NCBI RefSeq assembly: GCF_008000775.2
Contig: NZ_CP042905.2
Span: 4,200,001 to 4,232,000, forward strand
DNA from: Promethearchaeum syntrophicum
GTDB taxonomy: Archaea > Asgardarchaeota > Lokiarchaeia > Sigyniarchaeales > Promethearchaeaceae
Length of the DNA stretch: 32,000 nucleotides
Reading direction: 5' to 3'
The translations under genes and the position numbers were made by a program. The notes beneath the pieces are model-generated. The model was not told the origin of the DNA. It did not search any database and saw nothing but the letters and a program-made list of their open reading frames with translations. Positions 1 to 9,237 of this stretch are shown one piece after another (position 1 is the stretch's first letter; each line of letters starts with the position of its first letter).

Positions 1-226
1 CTGTGCTATTAGGTAATCCCGTAGCATGAATAATATCTTTCATTGAACATTCTTCTTTGTATCCTACTACGTGAATTATTAAGATATCCTTTCCGATAGT
101 TAACCGGGTTTCTTTTTTTTCTTTGTTCAAATATATTATTTGAAAACTATCTATTTCATTGATAGTTTGGGAAATTATCTCCGAAAAGAGTTTAAGAATT
201 TCTACATTATGTTCTGAGGTTTCCAA
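1..226 (-). CDS. possible helix-turn-helix transcription regulator, N-terminal part only (continues past window start)
   Basis: The minus-strand frame is open to the window edge and is absent from the supplied track. There is no ATG; the only candidate start is TTG at 226..224. The translation ends ...TRLTIGKDILIIHVVGYKEECSMKDIIHATGLPNST, which resembles the HTH/recognition-helix region of ArsR/MarR/TrmB-type winged-helix proteins. Confidence 0.25.
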   Translation of the reverse strand, partial: METSEHNVEILKLFSEIISQTINEIDSFQIIYLNKEKKETRLTIGKDILIIHVVGYKEECSMKDIIHATGLPNST

Positions 227-389
227 TTTAAAATCATTTCTCGTTAATTCTCTAATAAATAATCTTTCATGTCAAGAAAACTACTAGATTTTAAATAATA
301 TTTCCATTTCGGAACCTTTAAATATTTCTAAAACAAGAAGAATATAGATATTTCCATAATGGAAATAATTTTTTTTTAAGGTGATTATA

Positions 390-827
390 ATGGATAAAAT
401 CAAAATAAAAATGATATTTATAAAGATAGCTTATATTGTGGGCATAATTTTAGATGGACTTTTAGGAATTGATATGTTTTTATATACTTTTTTAGGAAAA
501 TCTATATATTTACATAATCAAAATATTCCAATTTCAAGTAATGAAACTCAACCTGTAATGATGTTTGGAACAGCATTAATGATAGGATGGACTATATTAT
601 TAGGATGGGGTTTACATAAACCTATAGAAAGAAAAGGAACACTAATTATTACGGCGTTTCCTGTTGTATTCCTCTACCTAATATATGATATATTTCAATA
701 TATTAATGATATATCGATAACTGATCCAAGTTCAAAAATTGTAGTAATGATCATAAGATGCGGTCTTATTATTCTAATGATGGTAGCATATATTTTTGCT
801 AATCAAGTGAAAGAAAGAAAAAAATGA
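390..827 (+). CDS. small integral membrane protein, unknown function (about 4 TM segments)
   Basis: The track ORF 381..827 begins with GTG; the first ATG is at 390. Four long hydrophobic stretches are present (IAYIVGIILDGLLGI, MMFGTALMIGWTILLGWGL, LIITAFPVVFLYLIY, VVMIIRCGLIILMMVAYIF). A hairpin plus T-run follows. Confidence 0.6.
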   Translation: MDKIKIKMIFIKIAYIVGIILDGLLGIDMFLYTFLGKSIYLHNQNIPISSNETQPVMMFGTALMIGWTILLGWGLHKPIERKGTLIITAFPVVFLYLIYDIFQYINDISITDPSSKIVVMIIRCGLIILMMVAYIFANQVKERKK

Positions 828-852
828 AACTAGGATTTCACTTTTTTTTTTT
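825..852 (+). terminator. hairpin plus oligo-T terminator after the 390..827 gene
   Basis: tgaaa(825-829)/tttca(836-840) forms a stem overlapping the stop codon. An alternative 7-bp stem is agtgaaa/tttcact. A run of 11 T follows at 842-852. It lies between convergent genes. Confidence 0.55.
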
Positions 853-880
853 AGATGAATTCTGAAACCCCATTCATTTA

Positions 881-2023
881 TTATTCAAAATTATTATAAA
901 AGATTGGATTTTGTGCTTGCAATAAAGTATAGGGAACTCCGGGACGCTTTTTGACCAATTTTTTAATCAAGAGTGTTTTTAACGCGGGAATTCTTTCAAT
1001 TGTTCTCCCGATTTTATAAAAATTTGTATTTAACAAAGTGGTTGCTATTACAATAATCGAATTTATATTAGGGGTTGAAATTGAGATATATTTTCCAATA
1101 GATGAGAGTGGCACCAACCCTGTTGGAATATCTTCCGTCAAATATCTGACTCTTAAGCTTACTGGAGCTTTAATATTTTTATAACTCTCTATTTGATGAA
1201 AAACTTCATAATAATCAGTAGCTTTACAACCATACACTCTATTTGCCCATTTTATAAGAGAGATTGGCTTTACACCAATATATCTTAAAATTTTACACCT
1301 TTCTTGATCAACTTTTTCAACTAAATTAGCGATTTTTTTAGATATACCCTCTTCATAGAAATGGAAATCAGATTTCCGGGTTATTGAACCTGCATTCAGA
1401 ACCGTTATAACTGGATGGATTACAGCACCAATATTATTTAGACTTGTCTCTCTAATATCATCGACTAGATTAAACTCAGGGAAGATAGAATTAATTATTG
1501 GGAACAGTATTTTATTATCCTCTTCGGGATAAAAACAGAAATCAACTGAGTTTTTAATTTTTAATATCGAAACTCCGAAATCATGAATTTTTCTACAAGT
1601 AAACAATAAAGTTTGCGTTTCTCCTACATGAATTTGCAATTTAGGACGATTATTTTTTATTGCATTATATACTTCAACGGCACCCCAAGTTCTTCCAGGA
1701 TTTAGAATAATTATTTGATTATTCTTCAGATATGGAAGAATTTCTTTAGTAATGCTAAGATGTGCAGAAGCAGGGACGACATATAGGATAATATCGGCAT
1801 TCTCTATCGCTTTTTTATAGTTATTTGTTATCATTTTGAGTTTATGAGATCCGGATATATAACCAAAGGATAAGATTGTTTTGCTGCTTTTAATATTTTC
1901 AACATATTTTGAAGATCTATAGAGAAGGGTTACATCATGACCTAATCGACTTAAATAAACGGCGAAAGCTCTTCCACCATTTCCCGCACCAATAATTGTT
2001 ATGTTATAATTTGAATTTTCCAT
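881..2023 (-). CDS. NAD(P)-dependent opine (octopine/nopaline) dehydrogenase family oxidoreductase
   Basis: N-terminal Rossmann motif ITIIGAGNGGRAFAVYLSRLGHDV. The C-terminal half carries strings typical of the octopine-DH family (GETQTLLFTCR, NNIGAVIHPVITVLNAG, FYEEGIS, VDQERCKI, RYLTEDIPTGLVPLSSIG). Confidence 0.8.
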   Translation of the reverse strand: MENSNYNITIIGAGNGGRAFAVYLSRLGHDVTLLYRSSKYVENIKSSKTILSFGYISGSHKLKMITNNYKKAIENADIILYVVPASAHLSITKEILPYLKNNQIIILNPGRTWGAVEVYNAIKNNRPKLQIHVGETQTLLFTCRKIHDFGVSILKIKNSVDFCFYPEEDNKILFPIINSIFPEFNLVDDIRETSLNNIGAVIHPVITVLNAGSITRKSDFHFYEEGISKKIANLVEKVDQERCKILRYIGVKPISLIKWANRVYGCKATDYYEVFHQIESYKNIKAPVSLRVRYLTEDIPTGLVPLSSIGKYISISTPNINSIIVIATTLLNTNFYKIGRTIERIPALKTLLIKKLVKKRPGVPYTLLQAQNPIFYNNFE

Positions 2024-2027
2024 AACT

Positions 2028-3734
2028 TTAGACCTCCTTTATTGATGAAGATTGAGTTTCTCCAATAAGTCCAGTATATAGTGCATCTTTAATTTGACCT
2101 AAACGTTTCTTTTCAGATATTGGAGAATCTGAATTATCCACAGCCAAACATTTTCCATTTATTATGCGAGTCTTAATTTTCCCTAAAGCCCATTTATTGC
2201 TTATTAATTGGGGAGCATCTAAGATCCCTTTTTGAACAAGTAATGTTAGAAATTCTGGAGATAATAATGGATCCTTATAACCTAAGGATAGCCCGAATTT
2301 AATTATATAATCCAGAAGTACTTGAGCTTCGCCCAAAATCTCATTTTTCCTATTATCTATAAGGGGATCTTTTGCATAGTCAGGTAATCCAACTACAGAA
2401 TCTTGTATCAAACGTTTTAAAATTGTACAACTTTCAATAATATCTTCTGGCAAAGCAGCATGTGTTGCTTCTGAATGACTTACTACGTGTACTATATGGG
2501 GTTTTATACTCATCTGGATTAATGTGGAAGTACAAAGTTGACCTTTAGCAATTTTATCATTAGATGAAAAATAAGACAACCCAGCACGTGTTTCCCTTAA
2601 AACCTCAAAATTTTGATCAATTAATGGTTCTACAATTTCTTTCATGGCTAAAACACGCGCTAAATCCATATTTAATGTGTTTCCTGCAGGAGTATTGAAC
2701 ATAAATTGCTCAATATAAATTTTAACTCCGAGTTTTTTAGCAATGTATGCAGAGATATATGCATCAGCAACAACAATATGATCTGGAGCCATTCTTAAAC
2801 CCCATTGATGAGGATCATTTACTTCTACAGGAATTTTTCTTGCAGCGTGCCATTTAATGGTTTTAAAATGTTCAGAAATAGAATCAAATAAGGATTTTGG
2901 ACCTCTTCCATCTAATTGAGAATACCAAAAGATCGGAATAGCGGCCCATGCATTGAGAATTGTATCATGGAAAAGTTCTGCATTTTTAATTAGATCTTGA
3001 GTTCCTGAATAAATTCTTAATAAGGGAAAATTTCCAATTTGACTATTTTCATAAAGATCAACTAAATCTTGTTTATTCCGAATAGGAACTCCACCTGCAC
3101 CTTTAGGAATCTTATTAATAATTTCAGGATGGTGTAGAAATTCCTGGCAAGCTTGATCTGGAGCAATCGAAATTATATCCAAAACTTTAGCTTCAGCAAT
3201 TTCTTTTACTCCATTATATGTTTCTTCTAAAGATGAGAGTCCAAAATGTGCTCTAATAATTGGGTAAGGGGAAATTGATCGAATTCGAGAAATTAAATCA
3301 GATGGATAATTGGCAATATTATTATCTTCCTTTTCAGATCCGTGTAATTGAGATATAATTATGTCAAAAGTTTCTCCACCAACAAAAAATTCTTTAAAAA
3401 AATTCTTCGTCTTTGCATATTTTATTAATTCGGGTAATCCTCCTAAATAATAATTACGATCAGTTAAGTTTTCTTGCTTTACGATATTAATGAAATTCTC
3501 AATGTGTTTTTTTCCCGTTTCGGGAGTTAAACGATAAGATATTGCGATATTTTTTGCATTACTTTTTTTAATTTGAGTTATAATTTCAGGAATTTTATTA
3601 GCAGGTCCAAGAAATTTAGATTCAAAACCTAAATCCGAAATTACTTGAAAAAAATTTAAAATTCCTGCTGTATGCACACAATCTTCTAGACAAGCCCCTA
3701 AATACTTTTTATCATTCATTTTCATATTGATCAA
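2028..3734 (-). CDS. fusion protein: N-terminal B12-binding-like (flavodoxin-fold) domain plus large TIM-barrel-like domain resembling the glutamate mutase E (GlmE) chain
   Basis: Residues about 8-130 align by eye with cobalamin-binding domains (MetH GDVHDIGKNIV.. vs LEDCVHTAGILNF.., then ..NAKNIAISYRLTP like ..ADLIGLSGLITP). The DxHxxG motif is altered to D-C-V-H-T-A-G. The remaining about 430 aa show a pattern reminiscent of methylaspartate mutase E (PIIRAHFG..LEE.., LLRIYSGTQD.., GVKIYIEQ..). There are only 4 nt between its stop and the start of the downstream opine-DH-like gene. Confidence 0.5.
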   Translation of the reverse strand: MINMKMNDKKYLGACLEDCVHTAGILNFFQVISDLGFESKFLGPANKIPEIITQIKKSNAKNIAISYRLTPETGKKHIENFINIVKQENLTDRNYYLGGLPELIKYAKTKNFFKEFFVGGETFDIIISQLHGSEKEDNNIANYPSDLISRIRSISPYPIIRAHFGLSSLEETYNGVKEIAEAKVLDIISIAPDQACQEFLHHPEIINKIPKGAGGVPIRNKQDLVDLYENSQIGNFPLLRIYSGTQDLIKNAELFHDTILNAWAAIPIFWYSQLDGRGPKSLFDSISEHFKTIKWHAARKIPVEVNDPHQWGLRMAPDHIVVADAYISAYIAKKLGVKIYIEQFMFNTPAGNTLNMDLARVLAMKEIVEPLIDQNFEVLRETRAGLSYFSSNDKIAKGQLCTSTLIQMSIKPHIVHVVSHSEATHAALPEDIIESCTILKRLIQDSVVGLPDYAKDPLIDNRKNEILGEAQVLLDYIIKFGLSLGYKDPLLSPEFLTLLVQKGILDAPQLISNKWALGKIKTRIINGKCLAVDNSDSPISEKKRLGQIKDALYTGLIGETQSSSIKEV

Positions 3735-4099
3735 ACCTAAATTATTGTATAGACAATTCTGTATATATGTTATTTAACGGGAGAAATGTAAATATTAATA
3801 AATTCTTTCATTGATTTATTAACAAAAATTGCATTAAAATATAGATTTTAATTTAATCTATAAAATTTTTAATTTTAAACTTAGATTGAATTGTTTAAAA
3901 TTGTTAATAACATAAAATTTTGATTCTATAATTATTACGCAAGATAGATATAAAAATATATTGCTCATTTAAATACTTCAAAAATTAAATCATGCATTCA
4001 TTCAAATGGATATTTAAGTAAAATTAGTTTGGATTTAAATTTTCATTAAAATTATAACTTTAATCTATTTTTACAAATTGGATCTTACAAAAAAATGAT

Positions 4100-4127
4100 A
4101 AGGATTCAAATCCAAATCCTTTTTTTT
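4100..4127 (+). other. orphan terminator-like hairpin (7-bp perfect stem plus T8) inside a long intergenic region
   Basis: aaggatt(4100-4106) caaatcca aatcctt(4115-4121) is followed by T through 4127. An A7 run precedes it, so it looks terminator-like on both strands. No annotated ORF ends nearby in either orientation. Confidence 0.3.
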
Positions 4128-4260
4128 CATAAATAATATACCTTTTTTTTGTATTTTTTCCCATAAATTATTTTAATAATCATCTTAACCTTCAATTAAA
4201 TAGAGAAATTTTTCTCAAATAGTGATTTGCTCTAGTACAAGAAATTGCCAGGGATTTGTT

Positions 4261-4764
4261 ATGTCTGATATCAGTGAAAAACTCCATGAACTTCAAGAAA
4301 GTATGCAGAAGCTGACCTTATTAAAGCAGTTAGGTGCAGAAAAACTCATTTTGGAGCAAGAAAATGAAATATTTCATATTCAACAAGAGATAATGAATAT
4401 CAATGCAAATGCTTCTGTGGATATAATTGATACAATTTTACCAAAAAAGTGTAAATTTTGTACAGATCATCTAGAGAGATTCAATGAGGAAGAAAAATTA
4501 GATTGCTATGAAAAAAATTACTCTAAATGCAAGAAAAAAGAACCTAAAAATATGAATTTACTCAGCATGAACTTTTTAAAAGTAATTCTAATGTATTTGG
4601 TTCTTCTTGGGCTCTTATTTGCTTTTTTGATAATTACAAATATACTTTTTACCTATTTTGAAGGTCAAGCTTTATTCGTGTTTATTGGTGCCTTTTTAGG
4701 AATGATGATTATTATAATTATTTTTAGAAAACCTGTGAGGAAATTATACAAATCAATTTCCTAA
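4261..4764 (+). CDS. hypothetical coiled-coil / Cys-cluster protein with two C-terminal TM helices
   Basis: The track ORF starts at GTG 4222; the first ATG (MSDISEKLHELQES...) is at 4261. The N-terminus is heptad-like, followed by CKFC..x15..C..x8..C. Two hydrophobic helices follow (VILMYLVLLGLLFAFLIITNILF; ALFVFIGAFLGMMIIIIIF). Confidence 0.55.
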   Translation: MSDISEKLHELQESMQKLTLLKQLGAEKLILEQENEIFHIQQEIMNINANASVDIIDTILPKKCKFCTDHLERFNEEEKLDCYEKNYSKCKKKEPKNMNLLSMNFLKVILMYLVLLGLLFAFLIITNILFTYFEGQALFVFIGAFLGMMIIIIIFRKPVRKLYKSIS

Positions 4765-4781
4765 ACCAATTAGCTCACCTT

Positions 4782-6800
4782 TCACTCCAAATACAAATTT
4801 TCGACAGTTTTTTCAATTAAATATAATAATTCATCAATATCTTTTTGATCTTCTTCATTTAGTGGATGGATTTGATTAGTTCTACGAATTCTATGCAAAA
4901 TTCGGCCAACCCCATCTAATTGTTGAATTATATGCTTATTTATCTTTAGTGGTAATTCATTTAAAGTATCAATTTCTACTTGGGGAAGAGTTCTATTCTT
5001 TTTTAACGTGATTAATTGATAGAAGCGATTAAAAATAATGGAATTTAAAATTGTACAAAGCGCATAAAGTGAGATAGGAGAATTAACATCTTTTCTAGGA
5101 ATTAAATAAAGCAAAGTATTTGAATGATAGAACCCATCTGTATCAACTGCAGCTATTAATCTATCTCCGGTTCTACGTAAGATAATCTTTTCTTGCTCAA
5201 TATGAGTAGGATTAAATCCACCCGAAAATAGCATATCGGGTTTAACCATTATAAAATGCCCCTGATAATGAATTAAATAAGGAACTATTGAATTTCCTGA
5301 AATCAAACCACGCTTCCAATAATGATTTTTTTTCATTCGAGATGTAATTCGTTCTTTGCCGATACCCGTCTTAGAACGTATTCCGTGATGTATTTCAAAG
5401 TAATTCTTAAGAGGAATTGTGTTTTTTTCAAATTTAGTGGTAAAATTTTCTGTATCTTTAGAGAAAAATAAGCGAAATCTCTTTTTCGGTTGGTTTTGAA
5501 AAAATTTAGGATTCATTTTATATTCTTGGAGTAAAAAAACTTCATTATTTCTGAAAATACACTTTATAGAACGCATTTCCACTTCTAATTGATTAGTATC
5601 TCCTGAAATTTTTTGTAAAATCAAAATTACCGGTAGCCCACTATTTGCTTGAGACCAAAAATTTTTTTCAAATAAGCAGATTTCAAGTAAAATACTTTTT
5701 GACAATAGGAAACTTCGCAGTTTTTGATAGTATTTCCCCATTAAAAAGCTATCTGGTAGAACAAAAGCGCCCCAACCACCAGGTTTAAGAAATTGAATTG
5801 CCCTTTCAATAAAAAGAGCGTAATAGCTGATTTTATATTCCGCAGTGGAAAATATTTTTCGATATTTGTCAGCATTATCATTTTTAAGTGTACCAACTCG
5901 CCCTAATCCCCAACTTTTATACGGGGGATTTGTAATAATTATATCTACTATTTCTTCATTGAAATTGGAGGGAATTTTAATATTGTTTTGAGAATTTTTC
6001 CTTAGGAGATCTTTCCATTGAATTTCTGTCAAAGATTCTAATGAGTCTGCATGAACAAAAGATATTTTCTGGAACATTTCACTAAATCCAGGGTGAAAAG
6101 TCAATAATTTTAGCAGATAATTACAGATTTTGATAATATATGGGTCATAATCAAAACCCCAAAAGGAAAAGTTTACATTCTTAAAATTTTGAAAAGAGAC
6201 AAATGCAGCCGCATAAATGAGGAAAGCACCCATTCCGCATGAATAATCTAAGATTCGAATATTGTCAGATCTAACCAATTTCATTAGAATATCGCTTTTT
6301 AACCTATTTAATATATATAAAATTACACTTGGTGGGGTATAATAGGACCCACTTGCTTTCCTGGTATTATCTTCTTCGTGATCGTCATTTAAGAAATGAA
6401 AATATTGAATTATATTGCTTAAAATTTGAATATCTGTTAATATTGGATCGTTAAGGAAGATATTTTCAGTAGAAAAAGGTGTTTCTTTTTCAAAGATCTC
6501 GCTTATTGTATTTTTAAATTCGTTTGATAACTTTTCATTTAGATTATTGATGAATTTAAAATCAAAATCGAATTGACCCTTATTTAGGTATATTTCCCAA
6601 AAAGCCCTCTTTAGCTCCCGTTTTATAGGTATTTCAAGTTTTTGCAACCAATTTCTGGTTTCGATAAATTCACTAACTATTAGATTAATTGAAATAAGAT
6701 TTACCGAGAGTTCTTCATTAGTAAATTCGATCTGAATATGATTATTAAGAATTTTCTTAATTGACAGGATTAATTTTTTAATTTTTCGAGTGGGGATCAT
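4782..6800 (-). CDS. gamma-class N6-adenine DNA methyltransferase, Eco57I-family catalytic domain with TaqI-like C-terminal specificity domain
   Basis: Motif X-like GSYYTPPSV, motif I ILDYSCGMGAFL, and motif IV IIITNPPYKSWG (NPPY encoded at 5919-5930, complement). The C-terminal segment HHGIRSKTG...GLISGNSIVPYLI...KIILRRTGDRLIAAVDTDGFYHSNTLLYLIP is typical of TaqI_C-type domains. The track ORF extends to 6989 but that extension overlaps the divergent gene. I place the start at Met64 (ATG 6800..6798, MIPTRKIKK); Met41 (6869) and Met37 (6881) are alternatives. Confidence 0.85.
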   Translation of the reverse strand: MIPTRKIKKLILSIKKILNNHIQIEFTNEELSVNLISINLIVSEFIETRNWLQKLEIPIKRELKRAFWEIYLNKGQFDFDFKFINNLNEKLSNEFKNTISEIFEKETPFSTENIFLNDPILTDIQILSNIIQYFHFLNDDHEEDNTRKASGSYYTPPSVILYILNRLKSDILMKLVRSDNIRILDYSCGMGAFLIYAAAFVSFQNFKNVNFSFWGFDYDPYIIKICNYLLKLLTFHPGFSEMFQKISFVHADSLESLTEIQWKDLLRKNSQNNIKIPSNFNEEIVDIIITNPPYKSWGLGRVGTLKNDNADKYRKIFSTAEYKISYYALFIERAIQFLKPGGWGAFVLPDSFLMGKYYQKLRSFLLSKSILLEICLFEKNFWSQANSGLPVILILQKISGDTNQLEVEMRSIKCIFRNNEVFLLQEYKMNPKFFQNQPKKRFRLFFSKDTENFTTKFEKNTIPLKNYFEIHHGIRSKTGIGKERITSRMKKNHYWKRGLISGNSIVPYLIHYQGHFIMVKPDMLFSGGFNPTHIEQEKIILRRTGDRLIAAVDTDGFYHSNTLLYLIPRKDVNSPISLYALCTILNSIIFNRFYQLITLKKNRTLPQVEIDTLNELPLKINKHIIQQLDGVGRILHRIRRTNQIHPLNEEDQKDIDELLYLIEKTVENLYLE

Positions 6801-6844
6801 TCTTAATATCAATTTTTTTGAAGGTTTATTTCTTGTAGAAAGGT
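6801..6844. promoter_or_regulatory. 44-bp head-to-head intergenic region shared by two divergent methyltransferase genes
   Basis: On the minus strand, gaaataaa lies about 25-32 nt upstream of ATG 6800, which is TATA-like spacing for a leaderless mRNA. On the plus strand an A/T run sits at the equivalent distance and aaaggt lies just before ATG 6845. Confidence 0.35.
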
Positions 6845-9073
6845 ATGGGTGATTCAAATTTTCTTTCATTTTCGTTCCCATTTCACACAAAAGAAAATAT
6901 TCCAGAGTTAAATTGGGTGAATCGTCCAATAAACAATTTCCAAGTCCCAAAAACAGATATAAAACCAGTGTTAGTAGTTGACTCAGCAAAAATTTTAACT
7001 AATCTTGGGAAGATCCAATTGAATTCAGCTAAAAATGATCAAAATATTAATTTTTACTCATCGTATGAAGAAGTGTTTAAAAAGGATAGAGAGGATAACA
7101 CGTTAAATCGAATAATCCATGCAGATTCTTTAATAGGGATGGCAAATTTAATAGAAAATGGATTTAGAGAAAAAACACAAATGATTTATTTCGATCCTCC
7201 TTTTGGAATCGAGTTTAATGCCAAATTTCACTCCGGAAATCAAAAAACAGAAGGATATATAGATTCATGGAAAAACGGATTAAATTCTTATTTAGAATAT
7301 TTACGTGAAAGAATTTTTTTATGCCGTGAGCTTCTCAATCCTTCCGGGTCCATTTTTATTCAAATTGGGGATGAAAATGTCCACTATGTGAGATGTTTAA
7401 TGGATGAAATCTTTGGTAGGAAGAATTTTGTGAGTCAAATTACGTTCAGAACCGCGATTAGCACAAATAAAATTAATAGCGTTTCAGATTATTTATTATG
7501 GTATGCGCGTGATAAATCCAAAATGTTTCGTCGTAAATTATATTGTGAACGATCGGAAGAAAAATCATCAAAAACATTTACTTACTCAGATACGAACCCT
7601 AAATCTGGAAAAATTAGAAAATTTAAAGCACAAGAATTAGTTAATCGAATAAAACCTACAAAATCTTTAAGAATTGATAGAAATTATTCTATTGATTTCA
7701 AAGGTAAGAAATTTTTACCTCCGGAGGGATTTGAATGGAGGTGGAATAAAGATGCATTACAAAGACTTATCGAGCTTAATAGGATACATGAAATTAATGG
7801 AAAATTATATGGTAAACGTTATGGAAAGGATTTTCCAGTTATGATCTTAACAAATCTTTGGACAGATACTTCTACAAGCACTTTTGCTTCGCGAAAGCAC
7901 TATACTGTACATACAAATCCTAAAGTTATTCGGAGGTGTATTGCAATGACTACAAAACCGGGTGATTTAGTCCTTGATCCTACCAGTGGCTCTGGCACTA
8001 CTGCAGTTGTGGCTGAAGATTTATTTAGAAAATGGATAGTATTTGATACAAGTCCAACATCAATACTATCTACTTTTAATTGGTTGATAGGAACAAACTT
8101 TCCAGAGTATCAATGGGATGATTCTATTAAAGATTTCATTTATACTCAAGTTAATAAGGTTAGTTTAAGCAATTTAGCCCATAAAAGGACGTCAAATCAA
8201 GAATTTCAATATGATCTACCGAAGAAGGAAAAAAAAAATCGGAATGCTATTAGGATTGCTTCTCCGTTTTCAATTGAAATGATAAAAAAATTAAAAATAT
8301 CTAAGTGGGCAGAATTTATTGTTAGTATTTTGAAAAATAATGGAATTTTATTACCATCTGGAAAAAAAATAGCCTTAGATAACATTCAATTCTTAGAAAT
8401 CCCAGGCAATAAAGATCAAAATAGGACCTTGTCCATTGTTCGTGGAACAATTAGGGAACTAATATATAATGTAATAATTAACGATCCAACAGCAGAAATT
8501 AGTGAATCAGATATATTGAAAGTCTTAGAAATTCCCGATGAACCAATTAGAAATCAAAACTGGATAATTTTAGGAGGAGTTTTTTCATTTAAATTCTATC
8601 GAAGAATCAAAGAAATTAGAGAACTTCTTGAAAAGTCAGAAACTACACTTCAAAAAGTTATTTTACTTGGAAATTATCACCCAGATTTACTAATAAAACA
8701 ACTAAGTTTTGATGCTCATCCTGAAAGTATTAGAATAATGGGCTCAATTATCCAGAAACCAAAAGATCTAAAATTCACTATTCAATTTTATAATCCATTT
8801 AGTAATATGTTTGAAAAACTACCTGATGATCAAATAGCTGTGTGGATGATTTGTAATTTAAAAAATGATGAAAAAAAACCCCCCAAAATTGATTTAATTC
8901 AATGCCCTATATATAAAAATTTCATCTCAAAAATAATTAAACCATATTTTTGTTCCACCATCGAATTAAACCAATATATAAAACAATACAAGAATCAAAT
9001 AGAAGAATCGAAAATCGGTTTAATTGGAATAGATCTTCGAGGCACACCACATTATGCAATTTTGGGTAGATAA
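6845..9073 (+). CDS. beta-class N4/N6 DNA methyltransferase (type III Mod-like motif order) with an uncharacterised C-terminal extension of about 330 aa
   Basis: Motif IV IYFDPPFG (DPPF at 7193-7204) precedes motif I LVLDPTSGSGTTAVVAE (7976-8002). This is the circular permutation of the N6_N4_Mtase family. A variable region of about 250 aa lies between the motifs (TRD position). No motif is recognisable in the last about 330 aa. Confidence 0.85.
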   Translation: MGDSNFLSFSFPFHTKENIPELNWVNRPINNFQVPKTDIKPVLVVDSAKILTNLGKIQLNSAKNDQNINFYSSYEEVFKKDREDNTLNRIIHADSLIGMANLIENGFREKTQMIYFDPPFGIEFNAKFHSGNQKTEGYIDSWKNGLNSYLEYLRERIFLCRELLNPSGSIFIQIGDENVHYVRCLMDEIFGRKNFVSQITFRTAISTNKINSVSDYLLWYARDKSKMFRRKLYCERSEEKSSKTFTYSDTNPKSGKIRKFKAQELVNRIKPTKSLRIDRNYSIDFKGKKFLPPEGFEWRWNKDALQRLIELNRIHEINGKLYGKRYGKDFPVMILTNLWTDTSTSTFASRKHYTVHTNPKVIRRCIAMTTKPGDLVLDPTSGSGTTAVVAEDLFRKWIVFDTSPTSILSTFNWLIGTNFPEYQWDDSIKDFIYTQVNKVSLSNLAHKRTSNQEFQYDLPKKEKKNRNAIRIASPFSIEMIKKLKISKWAEFIVSILKNNGILLPSGKKIALDNIQFLEIPGNKDQNRTLSIVRGTIRELIYNVIINDPTAEISESDILKVLEIPDEPIRNQNWIILGGVFSFKFYRRIKEIRELLEKSETTLQKVILLGNYHPDLLIKQLSFDAHPESIRIMGSIIQKPKDLKFTIQFYNPFSNMFEKLPDDQIAVWMICNLKNDEKKPPKIDLIQCPIYKNFISKIIKPYFCSTIELNQYIKQYKNQIEESKIGLIGIDLRGTPHYAILGR

Positions 9074-9237
9074 TTTAAATTTTAATATCAATTTCATATT
9101 GAAATAAATTTTTTATAAAAGAAATGAAATACGCCCTTCAAGCAAGATTTAGATTTCCTAGATTTTTGACCAGCAAATATATAAGCGAACCGATCAAATA
9201 GAAATATATAGTTTGCAAAAATAGCAAATTATTTTAA

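Noticed and set aside
6801-6989. N-terminal 63-codon extension of the minus-strand MTase ORF (track start 6989)
   Set aside because: It would overlap the divergent MTase gene start (6845) by 145 nt. The extension is hydrophobic and low-complexity (MLSQLLTLVLYLFLGLG...), unlike MTase N-termini. Internal Met64 gives a clean 44-bp spacer. It is kept as an alternative in the findings because overlap cannot be excluded from sequence alone.
4782-9073. Interpreting MTase pair 1 as a complete type III (Mod+Res) or type I system
   Set aside because: No Res/HsdR-like helicase ORF (Walker A plus DEAD/DEAH motifs) and no HsdS-like ORF exists adjacent or anywhere in the window. The neighbouring genes are a coiled-coil membrane protein and a Kelch propeller.
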